Notes: a model not told the origin generated them from the sequence alone. A stretch of 64,000 nt of DNA from an uncultured Lachnospiraceae bacterium (GCA_900539715.1 UQDA01000013.1:8235-72234); one strand, 5' to 3'; numbered from the stretch's first letter, positions 1-9,821 are shown. Numbers and translations: made by a program.

Positions 1-489
1 GAATGATACAGTAAGTACAACGCTTATTACAACCCTCTGCTATCTTCAAATAAGCAAAATGCCCTCCGGTTGTAACGCTTCTGGGCGTACCGTAAATACA
101 CGGTCTGTCGATATCCTCCAGATGGTTCTCTCCTTTGCCTGACAGTACTGCTTCTACAGTTTCTACAATGCTGTCAATCGCAGTCGTACCGATGATTGCG
201 TCCACTTCCGGGATTTCTGTCTGAATCTCATCCTGATAGCGCTGCGCCAGACAACCGCAGACGATCAGGGCTTTTAACTGTCCTTCATTTTTCAGTTCCG
301 CAAGCTGCAGAATGGTGTTGATACTTTCTTCCTTTGCATCATTGATGAAACAGCAGCTGTTCACCACAGCCACGTCCGCTTCGTTTTCATCATCTGTAAA
401 GGTATAGCCCTTTTCGGCAAGAAGTCCCAGCATCATCTCCGTATCCACAAGATTCTTGTCGCAGCCCAGGGATACAAATAAAATCCGCA
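1..489 (-). CDS. MiaB/RimO-family radical-SAM methylthiotransferase, N-terminal part (the gene continues past the window start). It starts MRILFVSLGCDKNLVDTE.
   Basis: Translation of the minus strand gives an MTTase N-terminal domain (SLGCxKN, DxE). The ATG lies at 487-489. It sits 17 nt upstream of rpoZ in the same orientation. Confidence 0.6.
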
Positions 490-506
490 TAAATTCTCCC
501 TTGTTC

Positions 507-749
507 TTATTCTTCCTCGTCTTCTCCGAGAATCTTTAATTCACCCTGACGCAGCTCTTCTACTGCGATGGAAAGGGGCTTTTCTCCCTGCTTTACCCTT
601 ACCATAGGCTCATGACCGCCGATTATCTGTCTGGCACGCTTTGCAGTTGCCATCACAATAGAATAACGGCTGTTGACGATTTTCTCCTCGCCGGGTTCAA
701 CCTCGCTGTTTACTACTTTCATCAAATCGGAATAAGAAGGATGTAACAT
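507..749 (-). CDS. rpoZ: DNA-directed RNA polymerase subunit omega
   Basis: 80 aa with an RpoZ-like sequence (SRYSIVMATAKRARQI). It sits in the conserved gmk-rpoZ context. Confidence 0.85.
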   Translation of the reverse strand: MLHPSYSDLMKVVNSEVEPGEEKIVNSRYSIVMATAKRARQIIGGHEPMVRVKQGEKPLSIAVEELRQGELKILGEDEEE

Positions 750-751
750 GT

Positions 752-1387
752 TTAATTTTCTCCTTTCGCAAGAGCGTCCAGCTCTTCTTTGAGTGTGTTG
801 ATAGTTTCTGTATTCAATGACGGCCAGCCGTGTGCAGCGGCAACGATACCGTTTATTCTGCCCATGCAGGCATCCAGATCGTCGTTGACCTCGATAAAAT
901 CATATCTGCCGATATATTCCGCCTCTTCTCGCGCTCTCTTTAAACGCTGCTCAATAACTTCAGCAGTTTCCGTCCCACGCTTCTCCAGGCGGTGCTTTAA
1001 CTCCTGTGCAGAAGGCGGCAAAAGGAACAAAAGCAACGCTTCCGGGAACTTTTCTTTTACCTTCAGCGCTCCCTGCACTTCTATTTCCAGAACAACGTCC
1101 CTGCCGCTCTCAAGCTGCTCCTCCACCCATGCTCTGGGCGTACCGTAATAATTGCCTACATAGCTCGCGTATTCTATCAGTCCGTCGTTCGCTATGGTTT
1201 CCTCAAACGTCTCCTTCTCTACAAAAAAATAAGAAACGCCGTCTTTTTCCCCATCTCTGGGCGCTCTTGTCGTCATAGAAACCGACAATGCATAATTATC
1301 ATAGCTGTCCACAAGCTTTTTCACAAGGGTGCCCTTGCCTACACCGGAAAATCCGGATATGACGATCAATAACCCTTTATGTTTCAT
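752..1387 (-). CDS. gmk: guanylate kinase
   Basis: P-loop GFSGVGKGT and the guanylate kinase signature (MTTRAPRDGE, YYG). I place the start at the internal MKHKG (ATG 1385-1387) rather than at the ORF-track start. Confidence 0.9.
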   Translation of the reverse strand: MKHKGLLIVISGFSGVGKGTLVKKLVDSYDNYALSVSMTTRAPRDGEKDGVSYFFVEKETFEETIANDGLIEYASYVGNYYGTPRAWVEEQLESGRDVVLEIEVQGALKVKEKFPEALLLFLLPPSAQELKHRLEKRGTETAEVIEQRLKRAREEAEYIGRYDFIEVNDDLDACMGRINGIVAAAHGWPSLNTETINTLKEELDALAKGEN

Positions 1388-1664
1388 CCTGCTGTTTCTC
1401 CTCCTCCAAAGCCGGCTGTGCCCCTTCCGGAAGCTGTGCCCGCGCTGCAATCGTCTCCGGCAGCAGCGCCGATAAGATCAGCTGGCTGTTTTCCATCACA
1501 AGGACAGCCTTTGTCCTGCGTCCCTGCGAAGCATCGACCGCGGTCCCCGCCTCTTTGGCCTTCTGTACCAGACGTCTTACAGGCGCTGATTCGGGGCTTA
1601 CCACTGCGATTATCTTATCCGTATTTACAATATTGCCGAAACCGATATGAATGAACTGACTCAA
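1377..1664 (-). CDS. remA: RemA/YlzA (DUF370) family regulator
   Basis: 95 aa with IGFGNIVNTDKIIAVVSPESAPVRRL, a RemA hallmark. It sits in the conserved yicC-remA-gmk-rpoZ arrangement. Confidence 0.8.
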   Translation of the reverse strand: MSQFIHIGFGNIVNTDKIIAVVSPESAPVRRLVQKAKEAGTAVDASQGRRTKAVLVMENSQLILSALLPETIAARAQLPEGAQPALEEEKQQDET

Positions 1665-1677
1665 TTCTCGACCGCCT

Positions 1678-2556
1678 TTACTCGATATTCTGTATCTGTT
1701 CGCGAACCTTCTCGATCAGGGTCTTTAATTCAATTCCCCTGTCGGATAACTCCAGATCAGTTGTCTTTGACAGGATCGTATTCGCCTCACGGTTCATCTC
1801 CTGCGCCAGAAAATCCAGCTTACGGCCAACGCAGCCTCCATCTGTCAGCGTTTTCTTTGTTGCTTCTATGTGACTTTTTAAGCGGACGATTTCCTCATCC
1901 ACGCACACCTTATCCGCAAATACGGTTACCTCAGTCAAAAGCCTGCCTTCGTCTGCCCTGACATCACCCAGAAGTTCCTGCACTCTCTCCAGAAGCTTCT
2001 GGCGATACTCTGATACAATCTGCGGAGAACGCGCTTCAATAAAGTCCACATGTCCGTGCATCTCATCCAGCTTTCCGCAAAGATCCTGCAAAAGATTTGC
2101 ACCTTCACGTACCCTTGTTTCCACAAATCCTTCTACCGCTCCCCGAACCGCTTTCTCCAGTGTCTTCCAGATGCCTTCTTCGTCTGTTTCTTCCTCTTCC
2201 ATGGAAAAAACCTCCGGCATCCGTGACAGTGTAGAAAGACGCACATCATTCTCCAGGCCGAATTCATCCGACATCTGTCTGAAATATTCCAGATATTTTG
2301 CCGCAGCTTCCCGGTTATAGCGGATGGCTGACTGTCCCTGTCCCATATCTTCATAGGTAATATACACGTCCACCTTGCCGCGCTGAATATATTCCTTCAA
2401 AAGAGAGCGTATTGCCGCTTCAAAAAAATTCAGCTTCTTTGGCATCTTCAGATTCACATCCAGATACCTGTGGTTGACTGATTTCATCTCTACCGTAAAT
2501 TTGCGGTCATCTTCGCAGACCTCACATCTGCCAAAGCCTGTCATGCTTTTTATCAT
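1678..2556 (-). CDS. yicC: YicC/YloC family stress-induced endoribonuclease
   Basis: The N-terminus MIKSMTGFGR is typical of YicC. The start is taken at the ATG at 2554-2556, which has a GGGAG RBS. Confidence 0.85.
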   Translation of the reverse strand: MIKSMTGFGRCEVCEDDRKFTVEMKSVNHRYLDVNLKMPKKLNFFEAAIRSLLKEYIQRGKVDVYITYEDMGQGQSAIRYNREAAAKYLEYFRQMSDEFGLENDVRLSTLSRMPEVFSMEEEETDEEGIWKTLEKAVRGAVEGFVETRVREGANLLQDLCGKLDEMHGHVDFIEARSPQIVSEYRQKLLERVQELLGDVRADEGRLLTEVTVFADKVCVDEEIVRLKSHIEATKKTLTDGGCVGRKLDFLAQEMNREANTILSKTTDLELSDRGIELKTLIEKVREQIQNIE

Positions 2557-2732
2557 CTGTTCTCCCATCCGTGTTTTCTAAAAAAGAAACACCAATGATT
2601 CCATAGTTCTCTTTATTATAATCGCCGCGACTGCTCCCGTCAAGTATTGTGTTTTCCGGACCGCTTCTGTTATACTTGTGATGCAATTTATCATTTGCTT
2701 CATACATCATTTCAAGAAAGAAGGAACCCCTC

Positions 2733-4472
2733 ATGGCATTTGACGGAATCACCATTTCAAATATTGTAAAAGACCTGCAGGACGTTCTCACAGACGGACG
2801 GCTTTCCAAGATAGCCCAGCCCGAACCGGACGAACTGCTCCTGACTATAAAAGGAAAAAACAGACAGCATCGCCTCTGCCTTTCGGCAAGCGCCTCTTTG
2901 CCACTGATCTATCTGACTGCAGACAACAAGCAAAGTCCCCTGACTGCGCCGAATTTCTGCATGCTTTTAAGAAAGCATATCCAGAACGGCAGGATAATTT
3001 CCATCACCCAGCCGGGGTTGGAACGCATCGTCATCTTTACCGTAGAGCATTTGGACGAACTGGGTGACCTGCGCCGCAAAAAGCTTATCGTGGAAATCAT
3101 GGGCAAGCACAGCAACATCATATTCTGCGATGAAAACGACATGATACTGGACAGCATCAAGCATATTTCCGGTCTTGTCAGCTCCGTGCGTGAGGTTCTT
3201 CCGGGCAAACCCTGGTTCATCCCGCACACGCAGGAGAAATTCGACCCTCTCACCGCCGACAGGGAACTTTTTATGGAACAGGTCTTTTCAAAGCCGACGG
3301 ATTGCTATAAGGCTCTCTATACCACCTTTACGGGCCTGTCCCCCGCCGTTTCCCACGAAATCTGTTACCGGGCAAAAGGCGGCGCGCAGGAGGCGACCGC
3401 CGCATGCTCCGACGCAGACAAAGAAGCGCTCTGGAATGCCTTTTCAAATGTAATGGACGATGTAAAAACTGGGAGCTTTTCTCCCTGTATCGTGTACGAA
3501 AACGGCGCACCCGCAGAATATGCCTCCATCCCGCTAACCTCCTACCCGGAAGCCGCACGCAGGCAATATCAGCATATTTCCGCCCTTTTGGAAGACTATT
3601 ACGCGGAAAAAAATCGCATTACCCGTATCCGTCAGCGTTCCTCCGATTTACGACGCATCGTTTCTACTGCGTTAGAGCGCAACGTCAAGAAATACGACCT
3701 TCAGCTAAAGCAGTTAAAGGACACTGAAAAGCGCGACAAATACCGTATCTGGGGTGAACTGCTGAATACTTACGGCTATAGCGCTGCACCGGGCGCAAAA
3801 TCTCTTGAAGCCGAAAATTACTATACGGGTGAAATGACCGTCATCCCTCTGGACCCTCAGCTTTCCGCCGTGGAAAATGCAAAAAAATACTTTGAAAAAT
3901 ACAATAAACTAAAACGAACGAACGAAGCGCTGACTGCCCTCACGCAGGAAGTCCATGCCGAGATAGAGCATCTGGAATCCGTCAGCAACGCGCTGGACAT
4001 CGCAGTGAAAGAGGAAGACCTCGTCCAGATAAAAGAGGAGCTTATTGAAAGCGGATATATCCGCCGCAAGGGAGGAACCAAAAAAGTAAAAATTACCAGC
4101 CGCCCCTTCCATTACATCAGCAGCGACGGCTTTTCCATCTATGTCGGCAAAAATAATCTTCAGAACGAAGAGCTGACCTTTAAATTCGCCGTAGGAAACG
4201 ACTGGTGGTTTCACGCAAAAGGACGTCCCGGTTCCCATGTCATCGTCCGTTCAGAAGGAAAGGAACTCCCCGATTCCACGTTCGAGGAAGCGGCCCGTCT
4301 TGCCGCCTACTATTCCACCGGACGCGGTCAGGAAAAGGTCGAGATAGACTATATCGAGAAAAAACATGTGAAAAAGGTAGCCGGCGCAAAGCCGGGCTTC
4401 GTCATCTACCACACCAATTATTCTATGGTGATCGATACGGATATCTCCGGCATTCTGCCTGCGCAGGACTGA
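2733..4472 (+). CDS. rqcH: NFACT-family RNA-binding ribosome quality control protein (fibronectin-binding protein A-like, RqcH/YloA)
   Basis: 579 aa with an FbpA/NFACT N-domain, coiled-coil middle and NFACT-R C-terminal domain. It is divergent from yicC, as in Bacillus yloA-yloC. Confidence 0.8.
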   Translation: MAFDGITISNIVKDLQDVLTDGRLSKIAQPEPDELLLTIKGKNRQHRLCLSASASLPLIYLTADNKQSPLTAPNFCMLLRKHIQNGRIISITQPGLERIVIFTVEHLDELGDLRRKKLIVEIMGKHSNIIFCDENDMILDSIKHISGLVSSVREVLPGKPWFIPHTQEKFDPLTADRELFMEQVFSKPTDCYKALYTTFTGLSPAVSHEICYRAKGGAQEATAACSDADKEALWNAFSNVMDDVKTGSFSPCIVYENGAPAEYASIPLTSYPEAARRQYQHISALLEDYYAEKNRITRIRQRSSDLRRIVSTALERNVKKYDLQLKQLKDTEKRDKYRIWGELLNTYGYSAAPGAKSLEAENYYTGEMTVIPLDPQLSAVENAKKYFEKYNKLKRTNEALTALTQEVHAEIEHLESVSNALDIAVKEEDLVQIKEELIESGYIRRKGGTKKVKITSRPFHYISSDGFSIYVGKNNLQNEELTFKFAVGNDWWFHAKGRPGSHVIVRSEGKELPDSTFEEAARLAAYYSTGRGQEKVEIDYIEKKHVKKVAGAKPGFVIYHTNYSMVIDTDISGILPAQD

Positions 4473-4509
4473 AAAATCCGATATCTTCCATGAAAAAAGT
4501 GTATTTAAA

Positions 4510-4545
4510 AAGCGGCGCAGGAAGGCAATCTCCCTGCGCCGCTCT
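4510..4545. terminator. bidirectional rho-independent terminator (stem GCGGCGCAGG/CCTGCGCCGC) between convergent rqcH and the coat-F-like gene
   Basis: A 10-bp GC-rich stem flanked by an A-run on one side and a T-run on the other. Confidence 0.7.
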
Positions 4546-4557
4546 TTATTTCTATAT

Positions 4558-4815
4558 TTACAGTGTCCCGGAAGTAAACAGGCTCTTTACATGCTCCACT
4601 TCCTCCTGCGTTGCCTTCGCAGCGGGAACATAGTAGGACTTTTCACGCGCCAGCTGATACAACTCCTCCTGCGACTGCTCGCATGCCGCACGGAACTGCT
4701 TCAGCGTCGTTTTCAATTCCTTATTTTCCGTCTGCGGTATCATCTCGCCGAAACGCACCAGCTCGCCGTTGATACCCGCCAGCGTATCCGCTACCATCGT
4801 CTTATCCTCAAACAT
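4558..4815 (-). CDS. Coat-F domain spore coat protein-like
   Basis: 85 aa with a CotF-like pattern (ELK..L, YY.PA.KAT.EE). Confidence 0.5.
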   Translation of the reverse strand: MFEDKTMVADTLAGINGELVRFGEMIPQTENKELKTTLKQFRAACEQSQEELYQLAREKSYYVPAAKATQEEVEHVKSLFTSGTL

Positions 4816-4831
4816 TTCGCATCCCCCTTTC

Positions 4832-5017
4832 TTAATTCAGAAAATCCATCAGCGTCCGCTTGTTATCCATCGCGTTTTTTGCCCCTTGTTCAAAAAACTG
4901 CTTCACCTTTTCATCCTGGGCGTAGCCTGCATACTCCTTCATCTTGCAGTGAGTCGTGTCGTAACCGCCGATCAAGTGGCGCAGATTCTGAAGCTCCAGC
5001 TCGGATAAATTTGCCAT
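4832..5017 (-). CDS. small hypothetical protein paired with the coat-F-like gene (possible spore coat associated)
   Basis: 61 aa ORF. A GGAGGAG RBS lies 7 nt upstream of the ATG. It is tightly linked to the coat-F-like gene. Confidence 0.45.
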   Translation of the reverse strand: MANLSELELQNLRHLIGGYDTTHCKMKEYAGYAQDEKVKQFFEQGAKNAMDNKRTLMDFLN

Positions 5018-5090
5018 CGTTTTCTCCTCCTTTTCGAGCGCCGCTCAACCCTTCTGCAGCGCTTCCGGTTTTAAGCATTCCCGAAACGGC

Positions 5091-6038
5091 TCATTTTATA
5101 CGCGCCTCTTCAAAAGGGACCGAAATCTCCACATATCCGGCGTCATACGGAGCGACCGTATACGGCGGCAAATAAAAGACAATGCCTCCGTCCGCAAAAT
5201 ACCAGCCTGCCTTTCTAAAATCAAATTGCTGCATGATTTCCTGCGCGTCCGCATAATATCCTTCTTCCTGCGATATCTTTTCCAGAAATCTTTCCCGCAG
5301 AAGCCGCTCCCATTCCCTCTGTGTAAGCCCGCTCATTTCTGTAAGCTCTGCTCTTCTCCCATCCGCCAGATCAAACGCATAGGTCTCCCGATAAGGCATT
5401 CCGTGAACGCTGCCCTCATACAGATACGAATCCATCAAAACGCTTACATATCCATTAAGGACACCGACAGAACTGACTTTATATTCCTCTCCCCACGGTC
5501 CTGCCCATCCCGCATCACGGCTTTCCCGATAAACTTCCAGTGCGGACTGTCGGGTAGAATTTTCATCCGACTCATATTCCCTGAGTTTTTCATCCGCCCA
5601 TCTTTCAAAAAAGCCGTTCACCTCACCGATTCCTTCCCCGCTTCCCAAAAGCACCGGGTAGGAAAGCTTCAGGACAAAAATTCCGGTTCCGTCATCTGCC
5701 TCATACTCTTTTTCCCGAAAATGTATCTCATAAGTTATCTTTCCGCTGCTCCCTCCGGAAATCCTGCCTTTTTTCTGTCCGTAAAAATTCGAAATTGCTT
5801 TCCCCTCGGTATTCCAGGCATCAGATTCTCCCTCTGTCCCTCCTTCTTCCGTCCTGTTTCCGCCTCTTCCTTCCGTCTCATTTTGCTGTTCCTGCCTGTT
5901 TCTTTCACCGCATCCCGCTGCCGCCGCTCCGCACATCATAAGAAGCGCCCCCGCCGCCACAAATGCCGTCCACACCGCCAGATCCCTGCCGTTTCTTTTT
6001 TTCCACTCTGCAATCTTTTGCCAGATATCCCTGTACAT
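5091..6038 (-). CDS. membrane-anchored DUF3298/DUF4163-like (RsiV/PdaC C-terminal-like) domain protein
   Basis: The start is taken at MYRDIWQ (ATG 6036-6038). It has one N-terminal TM segment, a low-complexity linker, and a C-terminal region with the YVEISVPF-type motif. Confidence 0.5.
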   Translation of the reverse strand: MYRDIWQKIAEWKKRNGRDLAVWTAFVAAGALLMMCGAAAAGCGERNRQEQQNETEGRGGNRTEEGGTEGESDAWNTEGKAISNFYGQKKGRISGGSSGKITYEIHFREKEYEADDGTGIFVLKLSYPVLLGSGEGIGEVNGFFERWADEKLREYESDENSTRQSALEVYRESRDAGWAGPWGEEYKVSSVGVLNGYVSVLMDSYLYEGSVHGMPYRETYAFDLADGRRAELTEMSGLTQREWERLLRERFLEKISQEEGYYADAQEIMQQFDFRKAGWYFADGGIVFYLPPYTVAPYDAGYVEISVPFEEARIK

Positions 6039-6185
6039 ATCTTTTTCACCTGCCTCCGATGCTTTTTTCCAGTATGCCCTCCGCAGGAAAAAATATGCAG
6101 TATCCCGAAAATGTGTGTGGCAGAATACAAAACCGCCGCAGAACGTTCCCATCCTGCGGCGGTCAAAATACTTTTATAAAAATTC

Positions 6186-7631
6186 TCAGCCAATCAGCCA
6201 GTCATACATCTCCTGATATTTCTTTGCGGAAACATGCCATGAAAAATCTGCCGCCATCGCGCGGTCTACAATCTTATTCCATTCACGTTTTTTATCATAA
6301 TAGATACTCTCCGCATACCGGATAGTTCCCAACATTTCATGCGCGTTATAATTGTGGAAAGAAAATCCTGTCCCGGTTCCTTCGTATTCATTGTAAGGAG
6401 CAACCGTATCCTTTAATCCGCCCGTCTCGCGCACGATCGGCACCGTGCCGTAGCGCAGGCTCATCAGCTGGCTCAGGCCACAGGGCTCGAACAGCGAAGG
6501 CATCAGGAACGCATCACAGGATGCATAAATCCTGTGTGACAGCTCTTCGGAATAATAAATCTGTGCGGAAACCTTTCCGCCGTACTTCCATGCAAAATGA
6601 CGGAACATATTCTCATAGCGCTCTTCGCCTGTGCCGAGCACTACGATCTGTACATTGTCCTGACACAGCTCATCCATCACATAAGCAATGAGGTCAAAGC
6701 CTTTCTGGTCTGTTAAACGGGACACGATGCCTATCATCATCGTCTTGTCGTTCTGCTCCAGCCCAAGATCTGCCTGCAGGGCACGTTTATTTTTAATCTT
6801 CTCCTTGCGGAAATTCATCGCATTATAACGGTTCACGATATAAGGATCCGTTTCCGGGTTAAAATCGCCATAATCAATGCCATTCAAAATGCCGCGCAGG
6901 TCATGCTGACGCGCCTGCAGCAGTCCGTTCAAACCTTCGCCGTAAAAATCAGTCTTGATTTCTTCCGCATAAGTCGGGCTTACCGTCGTGATGGCATCCG
7001 CATATACAAGACCGCCCTTTAACAGATTCGCATCCTTATACGCTTCCAGCTTATCCGGTGCAAAGTAATAATCAGACAGCCCCGTTATTTCCTGCACGTC
7101 TTTAATGCTCCATTTACCCTGGAATTTCAGGTTATGAATCGTCATTACAGTCTTGATGCCTCTGTAAAAATCGCCCGCTGAAAACCGCTCATGCAGATAA
7201 ACGGGGATAAGACCTGTCTGCCAGTCGTGACAGTGGATCAGATCCGGTTTAAAATCGATGACCGGCAATATCGAAAGCGCTGCTTTTGAGAAAAACGCAA
7301 ATTTCTCAATTTCAAATAATGCATTATCACAATATGGTTTGAAACCATTAAAATAATATTCATTATCAATAAAATAATATTTGATGCCTTCATACTCGGC
7401 TTCCAGAATTCCCACATACTCGTTCTTCCAGTGAAACTCCATATAAAAATGGTCTCTGTAACGGAGCATATCCTTCTTATTCTGGCTCATGCAATTGTAT
7501 TTCGGCAGGATAACACGCACATCGTAATGCTCCTTGTCAAGGCATTTCGGCAAAGAACCTACAACATCCGCAAGCCCTCCGGTCTTGATAAACGGCACGC
7601 CCTCTGACGCAACAAATAAAATCTTTCTCAT
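6186..7631 (-). CDS. glgA: glycogen (starch) synthase
   Basis: MRKILFVASEGVPFIKTGGLADVVGSLP is the canonical GlgA N-terminal KTGGL motif, on a GT-B fold. The start is at 7631 with a GGGAGG RBS. Confidence 0.9.
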   Translation of the reverse strand: MRKILFVASEGVPFIKTGGLADVVGSLPKCLDKEHYDVRVILPKYNCMSQNKKDMLRYRDHFYMEFHWKNEYVGILEAEYEGIKYYFIDNEYYFNGFKPYCDNALFEIEKFAFFSKAALSILPVIDFKPDLIHCHDWQTGLIPVYLHERFSAGDFYRGIKTVMTIHNLKFQGKWSIKDVQEITGLSDYYFAPDKLEAYKDANLLKGGLVYADAITTVSPTYAEEIKTDFYGEGLNGLLQARQHDLRGILNGIDYGDFNPETDPYIVNRYNAMNFRKEKIKNKRALQADLGLEQNDKTMMIGIVSRLTDQKGFDLIAYVMDELCQDNVQIVVLGTGEERYENMFRHFAWKYGGKVSAQIYYSEELSHRIYASCDAFLMPSLFEPCGLSQLMSLRYGTVPIVRETGGLKDTVAPYNEYEGTGTGFSFHNYNAHEMLGTIRYAESIYYDKKREWNKIVDRAMAADFSWHVSAKKYQEMYDWLIG

Positions 7632-7735
7632 GATATGTCCTCCCAATTCATGTATTCCCTAAACCCTCTCCTATGCCATGCATAGACATTATAATTATTA
7701 TACATCATTCTTTTCTATTAGGAAAGGGGTTCTTC

Positions 7736-7764
7736 TTGCATTATTTCCGTATCTGTGCTATCTT
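7736..7764 (+). promoter_or_regulatory. sigma-A-type promoter (TTGCAT-17-TATCTT) for the EIIC-like gene
   Basis: Hexamers with 17-bp spacing sit about 50 nt upstream of the RBS. Confidence 0.4.
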
Positions 7765-7774
7765 AGCTTCATTC

Positions 7775-7792
7775 ACCTGTCTTGTCAGGTGT
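7775..7792 (+). promoter_or_regulatory. palindromic operator-like site CACCTGTCTTGTCAGGTG at the predicted TSS (candidate NiaR box)
   Basis: An inverted repeat CACCTG-N6-CAGGTG. It lies immediately downstream of the -10 element and next to the niaR gene. Confidence 0.45.
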
Positions 7793-7815
7793 AAATGCAC
7801 GAGGAGGAAGTTCAA

Positions 7816-8883
7816 ATGAAACAAAAAAACACGTTTTTTAATTTTCTGGAACGGAAAAATATTATTTTTTCCGCAAAAAGATATGGTATCGACGCCCTCG
7901 GTGCCATGGCGCAGGGACTTTTCGCATCTCTGCTCATCGGAACGATAATCGGAACGCTGGGAGAACAGCTCGGTTCTCAGCTCCTTATCGATATGGGAAG
8001 CTATGCAAAGTCCGTATCCGGCCCCGCTATGGCCATCTCCATCGGATATGCACTCTGTGCACCGCAGCTCGTCCTCTTTTCCCTTCTGGCAGTCGGAGCT
8101 GCCGCAAACACGCTTGGCGGTGCAGGAGGTCCGCTGGCTGTGCTGTTCGTTTCCATCATCGCAACAGAATGCGGTAAAGCGGTGTCCAAAGAGACAAAGG
8201 TAGATATCCTTGCAACGCCTCTTGTAACCATCTGCACAGGCGTCCTTTTATCCGTCTGGTGCGCGCCTGCCATCGGCACAGCCGCAAGCTCAGTCGGACA
8301 GCTCATTATGTGGGCCACCGAACTGCAGCCTTTCTTTATGGGAATCTTTGTTTCCGTTATCGTAGGTATCGCTCTTACCCTTCCGATAAGCAGTGCAGCC
8401 ATCTGCGCCGCTTTAAGTCTGACCGGACTTGCCGGAGGTGCCGCTGTCGCAGGATGCTGCGCGCAGATGGTCGGTTTTGCCGTAATGAGCTTTCGCGAAA
8501 ACCGCTGGAGCGGCCTTATATCACAGGGACTCGGGACAAGCATGCTACAGATGGGCAATATCGTCAAAAATCCGAGGATATGGATTGCGCCGACCCTCGC
8601 ATCCGCTATCACAGGTCCTATTGCCACCTGCATCTTCAAACTGCAGATGAACGGTCCTGCCGTATCCTCCGGCATGGGAACCTGCGGCCTCGTCGGCCAG
8701 ATAGGTGTTTATACCGGCTGGCTCTCGGATATCGCCGCCGGGACAAAATCCACTATTACGCCGATGGACTGGATAGGTCTCATCCTCATCTGCTTTATCC
8801 TTCCCGCCGTCCTCAGCTGGGGCTTTGGTCAGTTTTTCCGCAAGATAGGCTGGATAAAAGAAAACGACCTGAAGCTGGATTAA
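7816..8883 (+). CDS. PTS-EIIC_2-like polytopic membrane permease (possible vitamin/niacin transporter)
   Basis: About 10 TM helices. The N-terminus YGIDALGAMAQGLFASLLIGTI is typical of the PTS_EIIC_2 family. GAGGAGG RBS. Confidence 0.55.
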   Translation: MKQKNTFFNFLERKNIIFSAKRYGIDALGAMAQGLFASLLIGTIIGTLGEQLGSQLLIDMGSYAKSVSGPAMAISIGYALCAPQLVLFSLLAVGAAANTLGGAGGPLAVLFVSIIATECGKAVSKETKVDILATPLVTICTGVLLSVWCAPAIGTAASSVGQLIMWATELQPFFMGIFVSVIVGIALTLPISSAAICAALSLTGLAGGAAVAGCCAQMVGFAVMSFRENRWSGLISQGLGTSMLQMGNIVKNPRIWIAPTLASAITGPIATCIFKLQMNGPAVSSGMGTCGLVGQIGVYTGWLSDIAAGTKSTITPMDWIGLILICFILPAVLSWGFGQFFRKIGWIKENDLKLD

Positions 8884-9386
8884 ATCAAATATCCCTTTTT
8901 ACGGAGCTGCATTTCGATTTCGTCCAAAACGGATTCGGATGCAGCTTCTACTGTATGGAGATGTATCCCGTCTGAAATCGGAAACAGCGGTCCCGAGGTA
9001 CTGCGGGCGAGCCTTGCACAAAAACTTTTTACATCTGCCACAGTCGCAAGATTTAAATCCGCTCTTATCTGTCCGTACACATCATGCTCCACAACCACGT
9101 CCAGCACCCTTCCGCCGCTTTCTACCATCGTAAGCAGCTCGTCCCCTATCTGTTCTGAGGAATGCTTCACCAGAAAACTTCTCCGGCAGCGTTCCTGTGC
9201 CTGTCCGTACAGTACATATCCCTGTGCAGTGGCAAGCACAGGATATTCTGTGCGTAAAAGCGCCACATCCTGAACAATGATCTGTCTGCTTACCGAGAGC
9301 TGCTTTGCAAGCCTGCTTCCCGATACCGGCTCCTTTGCCTGTGCCAAAATTCTGATTATCTCTTCTCTTCTTTCCGTATTATTCAT
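8880..9386 (-). CDS. niaR: NiaR/YrxA-type transcriptional repressor (HTH + 3H domain)
   Basis: 168 aa with an N-terminal HTH and a C-terminal 3H domain. It is convergent with the EIIC-like gene, overlapping it by 4 bp. Confidence 0.75.
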   Translation of the reverse strand: MNNTERREEIIRILAQAKEPVSGSRLAKQLSVSRQIIVQDVALLRTEYPVLATAQGYVLYGQAQERCRRSFLVKHSSEQIGDELLTMVESGGRVLDVVVEHDVYGQIRADLNLATVADVKSFCARLARSTSGPLFPISDGIHLHTVEAASESVLDEIEMQLRKKGYLI

Positions 9387-9482
9387 CTGATTCCTCTGCT
9401 CCTGCTACATTTTCCTTTCCGTTGCAATTCGCATAATCGTATTTTTTTATCCGACAAGAAAACAACTTTCCAATCAAACAAA

Positions 9483-9514
9483 AAAACACAGCCCTTCCGC
9501 TGTGTCTGTTTCCT
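9483..9514 (-). terminator. orphan intrinsic-terminator-like hairpin (ACACAGC-N6-GCTGTGT + T7) oriented for the minus strand, about 100 bp upstream of niaR
   Basis: A 7-bp stem followed by TTTTTTTG on the minus strand. No annotated minus-strand gene lies upstream of it. Confidence 0.4.
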
Positions 9515-9792
9515 AATCCTTCTTCCTGTCCGGAACACTTTCATATCAGCAAAATGTAAGGTAAACAAGCCACCGGTAAACGCCGCTGACTGTCAGACAA
9601 ATGACGCAGAATCGCATCATCCGTCCCTGCAATATCAAATTGCAAGATACTCCATTACATTTAATACAGACATAAGCCCTCCTTCTTGTTTTATCATTTT
9701 TATCCTAAACAAATTTCCTGCCGGTGTCAAGCGTTTTTCCAAACTGAAAAAGGGATGAACTGCAAATTTTGCATCTTTCCAAAACAGGATTT

Positions 9793-9821
9793 TTATTGAC
9801 TCTGCCATGCGGCGACCTTAT
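9793..9821 (+). promoter_or_regulatory. sigma-A promoter TTGACT-17-TATACT
   Basis: Near-consensus hexamers about 75 nt upstream of the 9897 start. Confidence 0.55.

Noticed and set aside
5226-6179. 317-aa plus-strand ORF opposite the DUF3298-like gene
   Set aside because: It is antisense, with a low-complexity Pro/Arg/Ser-rich translation.
8001-8975. ORFs of 224 and 238 aa overlapping the EIIC-like gene
   Set aside because: They are antisense or out of frame to a strongly supported polytopic membrane gene, and their Arg/Cys-rich translations are typical of spurious frames.
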